A stretch of 64,000 bases of DNA, from the NCBI GenBank assembly GCA_044228065.1, contig JBGAVP010000014.1, positions 23,308-87,307 on the forward strand, written 5' to 3'. Below are positions 27,933 to 37,487 of this stretch, piece by piece. A program made the position numbers and the translations under genes. The DNA comes from Chitinophagales bacterium (GTDB lineage: Bacteria; Bacteroidota; Bacteroidia; Chitinophagales; LD1). Within the stretch, counting starts at the first letter, position 1, and every line of letters begins with the position of its first letter. A model generated the notes under the pieces. The model saw only the letters and a list, made by a program, of their open reading frames with translations, had not been told where the DNA came from and made no database searches.

Positions 27933-30410
27933 TTATGGTTTTGAATTAGCGGTTAATGAAAATAATTTACCCGTAGCATACTGCATTTCGTCCTTCGCAA
28001 AGTGAGCTTCATAGTATTCTCCCTTTGCCCACTTCTCTATCATGCTATCATAAAATTTACTACCCGGATTGCCTGATTGCCCACCAGGATAAACACAATA
28101 GCCTTTCATATCACCAAAGTCTACAATCATGCGCCAGCTGGGTCCGTGGGTGGCATTGGTCGCATTAATAATGCCCCTATTGCCACCACAATAAACATTC
28201 ATACTACTAAATGCATCCAATGCGGGCGATAGGTGATGCACCATAGTTGCCTTATAAGTTCCCCAGTCTTTTACGTTCTCCAGACTTCCATTTTTCTCTT
28301 TTAGCTTTTGTACTGCTTTGTCAAAACTAATGAGCAGAAGGCTTTCACGAGTTTCGCGTTCACCTGTTTGCAGATTATCATAAAATGAACTGCTGCTATC
28401 TTTCTGAATAAATTCTGCTGTAAAATACAAGTTTGGCTTCTTCATAGGTAAAGAAGGATCCAGCATTTCATCCCACAAAGCATTGTAAAATTCTACACTC
28501 CATTCCTCAAAAAAGATAGGAGCTTTTTCTGATGCATCGTTAAAATAATTCCAACTTGCTAAACTCCTCGCTACCTCTAGTTCTTCTTTATCTAATTTTG
28601 TTTTATCTAACACTCGAAGCATAGTAGGCAGTGCCATTGCTGCCAGTTCATTGTAATTATCGAGTTGCATTTTCTTCATAAAATTTGCATCAATACCCGA
28701 TGCTTCTGAAAGCAATTGATTAATGCGCATGGCTCTAAAATTTTCATAAATACCTACTCTCGAAATCGGATAAGGGTAAAGCGCATCTACAGGAAACTGA
28801 TTAGCACTGCTCACAAAACCACGTTCTGGATTTTTCACTTGAGGGTTGTGTTCATTAGGAATAAAGAAATTCCAATCTGTTTTAGAATCGGTACCATCTG
28901 CTATTTTATTAGATGCCAATGGATATTTCCCTTGTTGTTTAATAGCTACATCACCAGAGCGAGATGCAAAAACAAAATTCTGAGCAGGACAAGTATAGGT
29001 ATTTAATGCACTGATGTAGTCATCATAATTCTTTCCTTGATTCATTAAATAAAAAGTCTTAAACTCATTGGAAGGTAGATGAGCAGTCCATTTCATGGCC
29101 AAATAGTTTTTCGATTTAGCCTTGCTAAAGGTTTCATCAAAAACGATGGGACCATAACGTGTATACAAAACAGTATCTAAAAACTCAGTAGCGCCTTTCA
29201 TTTTAAAATGCTCTACACGCTTGTCAGTTTTTTCCCATTTGTCATCTACCAAATATTCATTGTGACTATCATCTTTAAATTGAATTTTAAACCAATCGCG
29301 CACATCACGACCTGCATTGGTTACGCCCCAAGCTATAGAATCATTAAACCCACTAATCACAGCAGGAGAGCCTGGAAGTGTTGCTCCATATACATTCATA
29401 GATGGTGATACCAAATGCATTTCATACCAAATAGAAGGCAAATTCAATTGTAAATGTGGGTCGTTACAAAGAATAGGTTTACCAGACTTTGTTTTACTAC
29501 CACTCACTGCCCAGTTATTAGAACCTGTTATGTCATCAGGTTTTTCCAAAATATTTGCAGCACTATTTTTTAGCTGTGGATGCACATTTACTTCTTCCAA
29601 ATCATGGTCAACTTGAAGCGCTGTAGCCTTTGAATCCTTTGCATTAGTAGTAGTTTCAGAAGTAGCCTCATTTTTAAAATCCCAATTTGTTCCCTCTGGA
29701 ATTATAAAATCCTTAAAGTCGTCTTTCTCTGGATAAAGGTATTTGAATTGCTCCTCTCCATATTTAGATATAAAGTTAGAATTTTCAATATCGAACTCAT
29801 ACACCGAAAGCATATTCGCCATGTTCTTTAATAACAACGCTACTTTCAGTGAAGTCCACTCTTCTGGAGCATAACCTAAAAGTTTATATTCTAAAGGATA
29901 ATCTTTGGGCTTTAAATTCTTAATAAAAGTATTTACCCCATTGCAGTATGCATTTATCATGCGCTGACTTTCCTCATCTTTGGCAATAAACTCTTGCGCC
30001 TTTTCTGCCCCAAAACCCAAGCCTATTCTACGTTGTAATCGGTCACTTTCGAGCGCCTTCTCTCCCACTATTTCAGAAACTCTACCTGCAGCATTTTGGG
30101 TTTGCACTTCCATTTGCCACAAACGAAATTTTGCAGTAATGTAACCCTGCATAAAATACAAATCTTCATTGTTTTTAGCAAAAATATGTGGCACTAATCG
30201 GTCATCGAAATACACTTGCACCGATTCTTTTAATCCTTTCAAATCGTATGTTTCATCACTAAAACTCTTGGTGCTTTCTGCATTTTGCCAAAAACCACCA
30301 AATGGGTCGAAGAATTTTCCTAAGGCAGGAACTTTGCCAAATGGAGTATTGAGCACGACAATTAACCCGATAGTGCTGATAAATGAAAGGAAGAATGGAA
30401 GCTTTCTCAC
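27933..30410 (-). CDS. penicillin acylase family protein (peptidase S45, Ntn hydrolase)
   Basis: Signal peptide. Autoprocessing/nucleophile site TGSNNWAVSGSKTKSGKPILCNDPHL. 825 aa. Confidence 0.9.
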   Translation of the reverse strand: MRKLPFFLSFISTIGLIVVLNTPFGKVPALGKFFDPFGGFWQNAESTKSFSDETYDLKGLKESVQVYFDDRLVPHIFAKNNEDLYFMQGYITAKFRLWQMEVQTQNAAGRVSEIVGEKALESDRLQRRIGLGFGAEKAQEFIAKDEESQRMINAYCNGVNTFIKNLKPKDYPLEYKLLGYAPEEWTSLKVALLLKNMANMLSVYEFDIENSNFISKYGEEQFKYLYPEKDDFKDFIIPEGTNWDFKNEATSETTTNAKDSKATALQVDHDLEEVNVHPQLKNSAANILEKPDDITGSNNWAVSGSKTKSGKPILCNDPHLQLNLPSIWYEMHLVSPSMNVYGATLPGSPAVISGFNDSIAWGVTNAGRDVRDWFKIQFKDDSHNEYLVDDKWEKTDKRVEHFKMKGATEFLDTVLYTRYGPIVFDETFSKAKSKNYLAMKWTAHLPSNEFKTFYLMNQGKNYDDYISALNTYTCPAQNFVFASRSGDVAIKQQGKYPLASNKIADGTDSKTDWNFFIPNEHNPQVKNPERGFVSSANQFPVDALYPYPISRVGIYENFRAMRINQLLSEASGIDANFMKKMQLDNYNELAAMALPTMLRVLDKTKLDKEELEVARSLASWNYFNDASEKAPIFFEEWSVEFYNALWDEMLDPSLPMKKPNLYFTAEFIQKDSSSSFYDNLQTGERETRESLLLISFDKAVQKLKEKNGSLENVKDWGTYKATMVHHLSPALDAFSSMNVYCGGNRGIINATNATHGPSWRMIVDFGDMKGYCVYPGGQSGNPGSKFYDSMIEKWAKGEYYEAHFAKDEMQYATGKLFSLTANSKP

Positions 30411-30497
30411 GATGGAATAAGTTTTGTGTGAAGGTAAAAAATAGATATTAGTTAAAATTACTCAAACATTATTATGTACATACAGAAAACTAACTTC

Positions 30498-31391
30498 CTA
30501 CCGAATCAAGAAAATTGATCCAACAAAATTTCTTAGAATATTGCTCTTCTTTTTTGAATCAAATGATTCAATTATTATGGAATAAGTATATAAACCACTT
30601 GGTTGCAATTCTCCCTCAAAAGTTCCATCCCAAGGCATAACTCCATCAAAAACTAACTCGCCCCATCTATTAAAGATATGCATAGAACTTACTTTTTCCT
30701 GACCGAGAAAAACAGGATAGAAATAATCATTCTTATCATCCATATTAGGAGAGAAACTATTAGGAATTACCACTCTTGAATTGTATACCTTTACCAAGAC
30801 AGAATCACTATTAGAACATCCATTAGAGTCAGTTAATGATACAACATAAATAGTTGTCTCAAAAGGTGAAACATAAATAATTGAATCAATACTTCCATTA
30901 CTCCAAATATATTTTACTCCACCTTTTACAGTCAATTCAACCTCTTCACCTATATTTATTGCAGTATCTTTTTCAGCAATAATTATAGGTCTTGGCAATA
31001 TGTTTAAATTGACAACATAATTACTATCACAATTGTTAATATTCTTCAAGTGATAGATTAAAACAGTATCTTCATTATATAAATGGTTTTGATAAATATC
31101 TCCAGCACAAATGGATACTAATTCCGAAATAGAATTAGTATCATTTACTGTTACGTTGTCTATTACAATACTATCACAACCGTTTTTTGATTGTAAAGTA
31201 TCAACCAGAATAGTATCCCTTTGGAAGAAGTTCCCCTTATAGAGTTCATTAGGACAAACTTTAATTGATTTTGTTGCTAATACCGAGTTGTAAATTTCAA
31301 TCACCATACTTGTATCAGAAGCACATTGATTAAAATCAGCTATAAATTTATATGATTGAGATTTTGTGTTATCAATAATATTAGGAATCAA
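30498..31391 (-). CDS. C-terminal fragment of a large adhesin: Cys-module repeats plus T9SS type B (gliding-motility CHU_C type) sorting domain. Frame-disrupted from 31408..35160.
   Basis: IPNSFSPNMDDKNDYFYPVF...IFNRWGELVFDG...QPSGLYTYSI tail. The frame opens only 11 codons above its TTG. Confidence 0.75.
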   Translation of the reverse strand: MIPNIIDNTKSQSYKFIADFNQCASDTSMVIEIYNSVLATKSIKVCPNELYKGNFFQRDTILVDTLQSKNGCDSIVIDNVTVNDTNSISELVSICAGDIYQNHLYNEDTVLIYHLKNINNCDSNYVVNLNILPRPIIIAEKDTAINIGEEVELTVKGGVKYIWSNGSIDSIIYVSPFETTIYVVSLTDSNGCSNSDSVLVKVYNSRVVIPNSFSPNMDDKNDYFYPVFLGQEKVSSMHIFNRWGELVFDGVMPWDGTFEGELQPSGLYTYSIIIESFDSKKKSNILRNFVGSIFLIR

Positions 31392-31407
31392 TTTCCTGTT
31401 ATTCCAT

Positions 31408-34400
31408 TCAAAGAAATCGTAGGTAAACTAGGAATATTACTTCGAGAACAATATGAAGAATAAGCATTAAAGAAGGTGATTTCGTTAAAAGATAGCTTGA
31501 GCCTTGACAAATAGTATCTGTAATGGTTGAGTTTAAATTAGACTTTACAACCAAATTCAAAGTGGTAATAGAATCACATCCTTTTACCGACTGTGATGTA
31601 TCTCTGTATACACCAGTATTCGTAAGATTTTTACCCCAAAAAAGATAGCTTGAGCCTTGACAAATAGTATCTGTAATGGTTGAGTTTAAATTAGACTTTA
31701 CAACCAAATTCAAAGTGGTAATAGAATCACATCCTTTTACCGACTGAAATGTATCTCTGTATACACCAGTATTCGTAAGATTTTTACCCGCAAAAAGATA
31801 GCTTGTGCCTTGACAAATAGTATCTGTAATATTATATGAAGAGAATGTTGATACAGATAAATTAAGATTAACAAAAGAATCACAACCTAACACAGATTTA
31901 AAAGGTCCTTGAGAATAACTACCTGGCAAATTAATTTTAGCACCTCCAAAATTATAATATTCATTAGAACAAATAGTTTGATTAATTTGTGTAGTTATGT
32001 TTCCATAAAAATTCAAAGTAAGTGTTACGACTGTATCACAATTAACCCCAGGAATAGTGTCTTTATATGTACCAGCCGTATATAATATTTTTCCATAAAA
32101 ATCATAGAATGAATTTAAACCTTTACATTTCAACACACTTATATTTCTACTAAAAAAAGGCACTACCGATAAATTTAGCACACTAATAGAATCACAACCT
32201 TGAAAAGTTTTTATGGTATCTCTATACACTCCAGAAACTGATAAATTTTGCCCCCCAAAGAAAAAGGTAGAGCCATTGCAAATTATTTTGAAAAATGTTG
32301 CTGAAATAGGAGGTGAAACAACAAGCGATAAAACAACAATTGTATCACAAGTGTTTAATGTTCTTATAGTATCTGTATACGTACCAGACTTAAATAATTT
32401 TTTTGAACCAAATAAAAAAGTATCCCCCTTACATATATTTTTAGAAATAGATACATATTGACTATTAACTTGTATAACTTGAACATTCACCATAGAATCG
32501 CAGCCTGAAGGTGATTTAAAGTATACATCATAACTACCAGGCATGTTAAAAATTGAATCCCTATAAGTTACCGATGCATTGGGACAAATCCCCAAAGATA
32601 AAACAGGAATATTTTGTTGAAAAAAGGACAGTGCCAATTCAGTAATTACAGAATCACAACCAAGTACATTTCTTAAGGTATCTCTATAATTGCCATCTTG
32701 AGTAAGATAACGACCATTAAAAAAATAAGAATTCCCTTTGCAAATTGAAACCACAAGACTTTTAAAAGTCTTAGTAGCAACATTTAAATTTAGTGTTATA
32801 ATAGAATCGCACCCATCTGAAGTAAGTATCGTATCACGAAAAACTCCAGTATTTTTCTTAAAGGAACCCTTGAAAAAAACACTATCACCTGTACATATAC
32901 TTAGTGAGATATCTTTCGTTTTTTGAGCTCTGAAAATTAAATGAAGAATTATGATTGAGTCGCCACTAATAGTACTAAGAGTATCCCTATATGTACCAGA
33001 GGAAGTATGGCCACGATAGGAGCTCCCAAAACAAACTATTTTATTCTCCACATTAGCATTGGAAGCACAAGAAAATACAAATGAGGTACTGTTGCTCGAA
33101 TTAAAATTATTATTAGCTACAGCAGAAATACTATATGATGTATTTGGAAGAAGACCAGTTATGGTATCCGATGAATTAGTTGAATTACTTGTAAATTTTA
33201 CGGTTGAACCTGTAGTATTATCTGTCCAAGTATAATTAAACTTACTATTTGGCAAATAGTTTTGGACCGAGACTATTACTTGCCCATTACAATTTTTATC
33301 AACAAGCAATAAAAGAGAAGTATCTATACAAGAAACATTTGGATTTACCATACCTACTAGACCAACCCCGGAAAAATATAGCACATTTAATGTTTTACTA
33401 TATTTCAAATCTAAAACGCTTTTCCCTCCAAATCCAGAGAGAACAATATCAGCCTGAGGATTAAAATTAATTCCATCAAATTGGTATACTTTAATATTTC
33501 CATTGTTTCCACCTACAAAAATATTATTACAAGAATCCGCAACAATTCCGCCTTGATATAATGGCTGATAGTTTGAAATGACTAAGGATGTGCCAATTTG
33601 AGATCCATCAGTTAATGAAAAAGCTTTTAAATTTTTCCCATCATAATAAAACAGATAATTTTGATTTGCATACAATCCATTAAAACCTCCAGAATTTTCC
33701 TTCCCATTGAGGCTAGGATTATAAAACAAGTATGGCTTGTTCCTAGCTTCATCAAATGAATTCAAACCTGAAAGACTACTCCAATCATAGCTTGTATAAG
33801 GCGGAATTAACTTCAATAATCTATTATTCAAAATTGGAGTACTGGTAGAAGTTAAGCTATTAGAATTAAAAATTAAGTATAAATTATCTTGAGGATCAAA
33901 AGCCCCACAAACGATATCTTGTTGAAATGTATTTAATCCAGTTACGCATTTAGGAGCAAGTACCTGGTTTGTATCAATCAATGCTAATGAATATTTATCA
34001 TTAATAGTTCCTCCTAGTGTTGTAAGAAATCCAGAGGTGTTCATTTGAATATCCCAAACTTCTTTAAGCTGCGTATTGGGTGTCGTTACAAAATTATCAT
34101 ATAACCCAAGATTGTTCAATCTAACCAATCGCATTGCAACATTACTTGTAATTTGACCGCAAAATATCTCCTCTGTTGTTTTTTTAACCGCAAAATTACT
34201 AGGTTGACCAAATTCTCCTCTTGAATTCCAATTAATGGAGGGAATATTTCCCATAAAAGTCCACAGTAAATTTCCAGATGGGTTATATTTAGCAATCTTA
34301 CAATTTTCAGCAGAAGTATATACTCCTCCTCCACCATATACATAAAGATTGCCCTTATCATCATAATCAACATCATAGCCTATATTGCTACAAATTCCAT

Positions 34401-35160
34401 TTGCGGCTAACGATGTAAGGTTACCTATGTAAGGGTCAATGACTAGTTTTTTGTTAACGATTTTGGGAACTCTAAAACTCAATTCATTTTTCTTTAACAC
34501 ATAATCACAAGAAACAACTGTGTCTTCAAATTTTGCATTTAGTTCGGTTTCAAAAAGTGTATCGAAATTAGATACTATTAGAATCTCATTATTCAACTTT
34601 ACAACTTTAATCTGCTTTCCATTATAGGAATACTTAATCTTTGAAATATCAGCATTGGGTTCGGCAATAATGGAATACTTAAAACACCCTTTTTCAGAAA
34701 TAAGATATTCAACATCTATCCCCTTATAAACATCTTTATAAGTAATTTTTTTGAAACCTTTACAGCTAAAATCTCCATAACTAAAATAGTGGCTAGATAT
34801 ATTACTTGTTTCAATTGCAGGGTGTTTGTTTGCCCCTATCCACTTCATTACAATTTTTGACTGCAACAGTCTCCTATTTGCCTCAGTCTCTTCTTCTCCT
34901 GCCTTTTCTTTTGCTTCTTCCTTATTTACGATTTTTGCTAATTGAAAAATAAGTTCCGACTCCTTAAAGTCAATATGCATACCTTTGTGTTCTAATACAT
35001 ATTTTGTCAAATTTTTCTTATTACTATCTCTTACTTGACCTTTATTTTCAATGAAGTAACCCGATTGAAACACATCGTTTGAAACAAAATATTGTGGCAG
35101 TTGGCATATCCCATCAAAATCAAATATGAAGAAAAGTATTACTAGTAGATACCTATTCAT
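31408..35160 (-). CDS. N-terminal fragment of the same adhesin: signal peptide, beta-propeller-like region, about 11 two-Cys modules
   Basis: N-terminus ...FIENKGQ is typical of T9SS cargo. Repeated C.G.SY.F.G......G.Y.DT......GCDS...L.L.V units. The last 26 codons are nonsense-like. Confidence 0.75.
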   Translation of the reverse strand: MNRYLLVILFFIFDFDGICQLPQYFVSNDVFQSGYFIENKGQVRDSNKKNLTKYVLEHKGMHIDFKESELIFQLAKIVNKEEAKEKAGEEETEANRRLLQSKIVMKWIGANKHPAIETSNISSHYFSYGDFSCKGFKKITYKDVYKGIDVEYLISEKGCFKYSIIAEPNADISKIKYSYNGKQIKVVKLNNEILIVSNFDTLFETELNAKFEDTVVSCDYVLKKNELSFRVPKIVNKKLVIDPYIGNLTSLAANGICSNIGYDVDYDDKGNLYVYGGGGVYTSAENCKIAKYNPSGNLLWTFMGNIPSINWNSRGEFGQPSNFAVKKTTEEIFCGQITSNVAMRLVRLNNLGLYDNFVTTPNTQLKEVWDIQMNTSGFLTTLGGTINDKYSLALIDTNQVLAPKCVTGLNTFQQDIVCGAFDPQDNLYLIFNSNSLTSTSTPILNNRLLKLIPPYTSYDWSSLSGLNSFDEARNKPYLFYNPSLNGKENSGGFNGLYANQNYLFYYDGKNLKAFSLTDGSQIGTSLVISNYQPLYQGGIVADSCNNIFVGGNNGNIKVYQFDGINFNPQADIVLSGFGGKSVLDLKYSKTLNVLYFSGVGLVGMVNPNVSCIDTSLLLLVDKNCNGQVIVSVQNYLPNSKFNYTWTDNTTGSTVKFTSNSTNSSDTITGLLPNTSYSISAVANNNFNSSNSTSFVFSCASNANVENKIVCFGSSYRGHTSSGTYRDTLSTISGDSIIILHLIFRAQKTKDISLSICTGDSVFFKGSFKKNTGVFRDTILTSDGCDSIITLNLNVATKTFKSLVVSICKGNSYFFNGRYLTQDGNYRDTLRNVLGCDSVITELALSFFQQNIPVLSLGICPNASVTYRDSIFNMPGSYDVYFKSPSGCDSMVNVQVIQVNSQYVSISKNICKGDTFLFGSKKLFKSGTYTDTIRTLNTCDTIVVLSLVVSPPISATFFKIICNGSTFFFGGQNLSVSGVYRDTIKTFQGCDSISVLNLSVVPFFSRNISVLKCKGLNSFYDFYGKILYTAGTYKDTIPGVNCDTVVTLTLNFYGNITTQINQTICSNEYYNFGGAKINLPGSYSQGPFKSVLGCDSFVNLNLSVSTFSSYNITDTICQGTSYLFAGKNLTNTGVYRDTFQSVKGCDSITTLNLVVKSNLNSTITDTICQGSSYLFWGKNLTNTGVYRDTSQSVKGCDSITTLNLVVKSNLNSTITDTICQGSSYLLTKSPSLMLILHIVLEVIFLVYLRFL
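31491..31830 (-). repeat. 153-bp tandem duplication (two near-identical units plus a 34-bp partial third) inside the adhesin gene
   Basis: Units 31491..31643 and 31644..31796 differ at only a few positions that I could spot by eye. 31797..31830 repeats the unit start. Confidence 0.9.
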
Positions 35161-35333
35161 TTGGAAATTTTTTAATTATGAATGATTATAAAACGAGCTA
35201 ACTTAAGCCTCAATTGCTCTCTATACAATTATATAAAAATATTTGGAAGTAGATTTGAAATCGGTTAACCACTCATATAACAACGACATCATAACTAATA
35301 ATAATTTTTACTTTTGAAAGGCAACATCCAATC

Positions 35334-35645
35334 ATGGAAGAACAAGATAATTTAAGAGGTAGTATTCTAATCACCATTACCCTAGTTTCAGTGCTTTGGA
35401 TAGTTCAGTTCATTCAAATGATATTTGGTTTTGACTGGTCGAGTTATGGTGTTATCCCTCATGAAATAATTGGATTACGTGGAATCATTTTTGCCCCATT
35501 TTTACATGACCCTTACCACCTCACCCATATTGCCTCTAACTCCTTAGCCATACTTATTTTACTCACCGTTTTGCTAAACGCTTACCCTAAAATAGCATTG
35601 GTAGTTTTGCTCATCATACACGTTCTAAGCGGATTTATGGAATAG
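35334..35645 (+). CDS. rhomboid family intramembrane serine protease, N-terminal fragment (frame-disrupted)
   Basis: TM2-type HxxxN motif (HIASNS). Ends ...IIHVLSGFME-stop exactly where the GxSG-type serine motif is expected. Confidence 0.65.
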   Translation: MEEQDNLRGSILITITLVSVLWIVQFIQMIFGFDWSSYGVIPHEIIGLRGIIFAPFLHDPYHLTHIASNSLAILILLTVLLNAYPKIALVVLLIIHVLSGFME

Positions 35646-35668
35646 CAAATTTTCTGGTTGGTTCTGGA

Positions 35669-35905
35669 ATGTTTAGAAAAGACCGTACTTCTATTGCCAT
35701 TTCCATTTTTGTAGTAATGATGTATGGAGGAATGGTTTTAGGATTTTTACCACAAGAAGGTATCTCTTGGCAAAGTCATTTATTTGGAGCCATAGTAGGT
35801 TTTTTGCTCTCCTATTTATTTAAAGAAAAAGACAAAAGAACACTCACTGAAACTGAACTGGAAATACACGAAATAGAGAAGCATTTTTTTGAAGAAAATG
35901 AATAG
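35669..35905 (+). CDS. rhomboid family protease, C-terminal fragment
   Basis: The frame is open from 35591. Contains the last-TM catalytic-His region SWQSHLFGAIVG. It lies in the -1 frame relative to 35334..35645. Confidence 0.65.
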   Translation: MFRKDRTSIAISIFVVMMYGGMVLGFLPQEGISWQSHLFGAIVGFLLSYLFKEKDKRTLTETELEIHEIEKHFFEENE

Positions 35906-35909
35906 AAAA

Positions 35910-37406
35910 TCACACTCTATTTTTTACCCAGTTACCTCTTCCATTCGTAGCTTCCAGTAGATTATTCGATTTTGCTTTTGGTTTGCCCTTATTCTCAAAT
36001 AAATGAGCAGCTAGCAAAGCCGCTATTTCTACCTCATCTTCTTTGGAAGATTTTAAAACTTCTGGAGTAAAATTCTTAGCCACAAAATGGGTGTCAAATT
36101 TACCAGAAACAAAATCTGGATGAGTAATTACAAATGCTCCAAACTTAAGCGTATTCTTTACTCCTGTAATTTTATATTCATCAATAGCCCGTAGCATTCT
36201 GCTAATGGCCTCTTCTCTATCTTTTCCATGAACTACCAATTTTGCAATCATGGGGTCATAATAAATAGGAATATCCATTCCCTCTTCAAACCCATCATCT
36301 ACGCGTATTCCAGGACCTTCTGGCTTTTTATATTCTTCTAGTCTACCAATGTCTGGTAAGAAATTAGTCAACGGATCTTCAGCATATACCCGCAGTTCCA
36401 GCGCATGTCCATTGATGCTTAAATCTTCTTGTGTAAAACTTAACTTCTCGCCCCGCGCTACTTTTATCTGCTCTTTCACTAAGTCAATTCCTGTAATCAT
36501 TTCGGTAACGGGATGCTCTACTTGCAAACGGGTATTCATTTCCAAGAAATAAAAATTCAAAGCTTCGTCTACTAAAAACTCAACGGTACCTGCACCTATA
36601 TAAGCACAAGACTTGCCTACTCTCACTGCCGCTTCCCCAATAGCCTTGCGCTTTTCAGGCGATAGGCAACTACTTGGAGCTTCCTCTACAACTTTCTGGT
36701 GCCTGCGCTGCACCGAACATTCTCGCTCAAAGAGATAAACGATATTGCCATAATTATCTCCCAAAATTTGCACCTCAATATGCTTAGGGGAGCCTACATA
36801 TTTTTCAATAAAAACAGCATCATCTCCAAAAGAAGAAAGCGCCTCACTTTGAGCCCGTTTCATTTGTTCTTCTAATTCCTCTGGGGCATTTACTACCCGC
36901 ATCCCTTTCCCACCGCCACCTGCCGATGCTTTTATCAAAACAGGATAGGTGATTTTTTCACACAAAACTTTTGCTTCTTCCACATTTGTGATGGCACCCT
37001 CACTTCCCATTACCATCGGTATATCAAATTTCTTAGCCGCCTCTTTAGCAGATAATTTATCGCCCATTATTTCTATAGCCTCAGGAGTAGGTCCTATAAA
37101 AGTTATTCCATTCTCCTCTACCAAACGTGCAAAGGCTGCATTTTCAGAGAGAAAACCATAACCCGGATGAATCCCATCTACCCCCAATGCCTTCGCCACT
37201 TCTACAATTTTTTGCCCCACCAAATAGGATTCTTTAGAAGAAGGCGGACCAATACATACCGCTTCATCAGCATACTTCACATGCGGAGAATGGCGATCAG
37301 CTTCAGAAAAAACAGCCACTGTTTTTATTCCCATTTCCTTGGCTGAGCGCATGACTCTAAGGGCTATTTCTCCTCTATTGGCAACTAATATCTTTTTCAT
37401 AATCAA
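35910..37406 (-). CDS. accC: biotin carboxylase (acetyl-CoA carboxylase family)
   Basis: KILVANRGEIALRV, ATP-grasp GGGGKGMRVV, EMNTRLQVEHPVTE. 498 aa with a short C-terminal extension. Confidence 0.9.
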   Translation of the reverse strand: MIMKKILVANRGEIALRVMRSAKEMGIKTVAVFSEADRHSPHVKYADEAVCIGPPSSKESYLVGQKIVEVAKALGVDGIHPGYGFLSENAAFARLVEENGITFIGPTPEAIEIMGDKLSAKEAAKKFDIPMVMGSEGAITNVEEAKVLCEKITYPVLIKASAGGGGKGMRVVNAPEELEEQMKRAQSEALSSFGDDAVFIEKYVGSPKHIEVQILGDNYGNIVYLFERECSVQRRHQKVVEEAPSSCLSPEKRKAIGEAAVRVGKSCAYIGAGTVEFLVDEALNFYFLEMNTRLQVEHPVTEMITGIDLVKEQIKVARGEKLSFTQEDLSINGHALELRVYAEDPLTNFLPDIGRLEEYKKPEGPGIRVDDGFEEGMDIPIYYDPMIAKLVVHGKDREEAISRMLRAIDEYKITGVKNTLKFGAFVITHPDFVSGKFDTHFVAKNFTPEVLKSSKEDEVEIAALLAAHLFENKGKPKAKSNNLLEATNGRGNWVKNRV

Positions 37407-37487
37407 AATTATTAAAGCAAATCTAGGATACTATTTCTAATAGTAAAGCTTGTTTTAATATATGTAAAATTTTTATCATTTTGCAGA

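Noticed and set aside
31491-31830. CRISPR array or mobile-element terminal repeat.
   Set aside because: The repeats are directly tandem with no spacers. They are 153 bp long, in frame, and encode a protein module of the surrounding gene.
35910-37406. Orphan biotin carboxylase (no BCCP or carboxyltransferase neighbour) as an unusual system.
   Set aside because: Carboxylase subunit genes are commonly dispersed in bacterial genomes. Nothing in the sequence itself is atypical apart from a short C-terminal tail.
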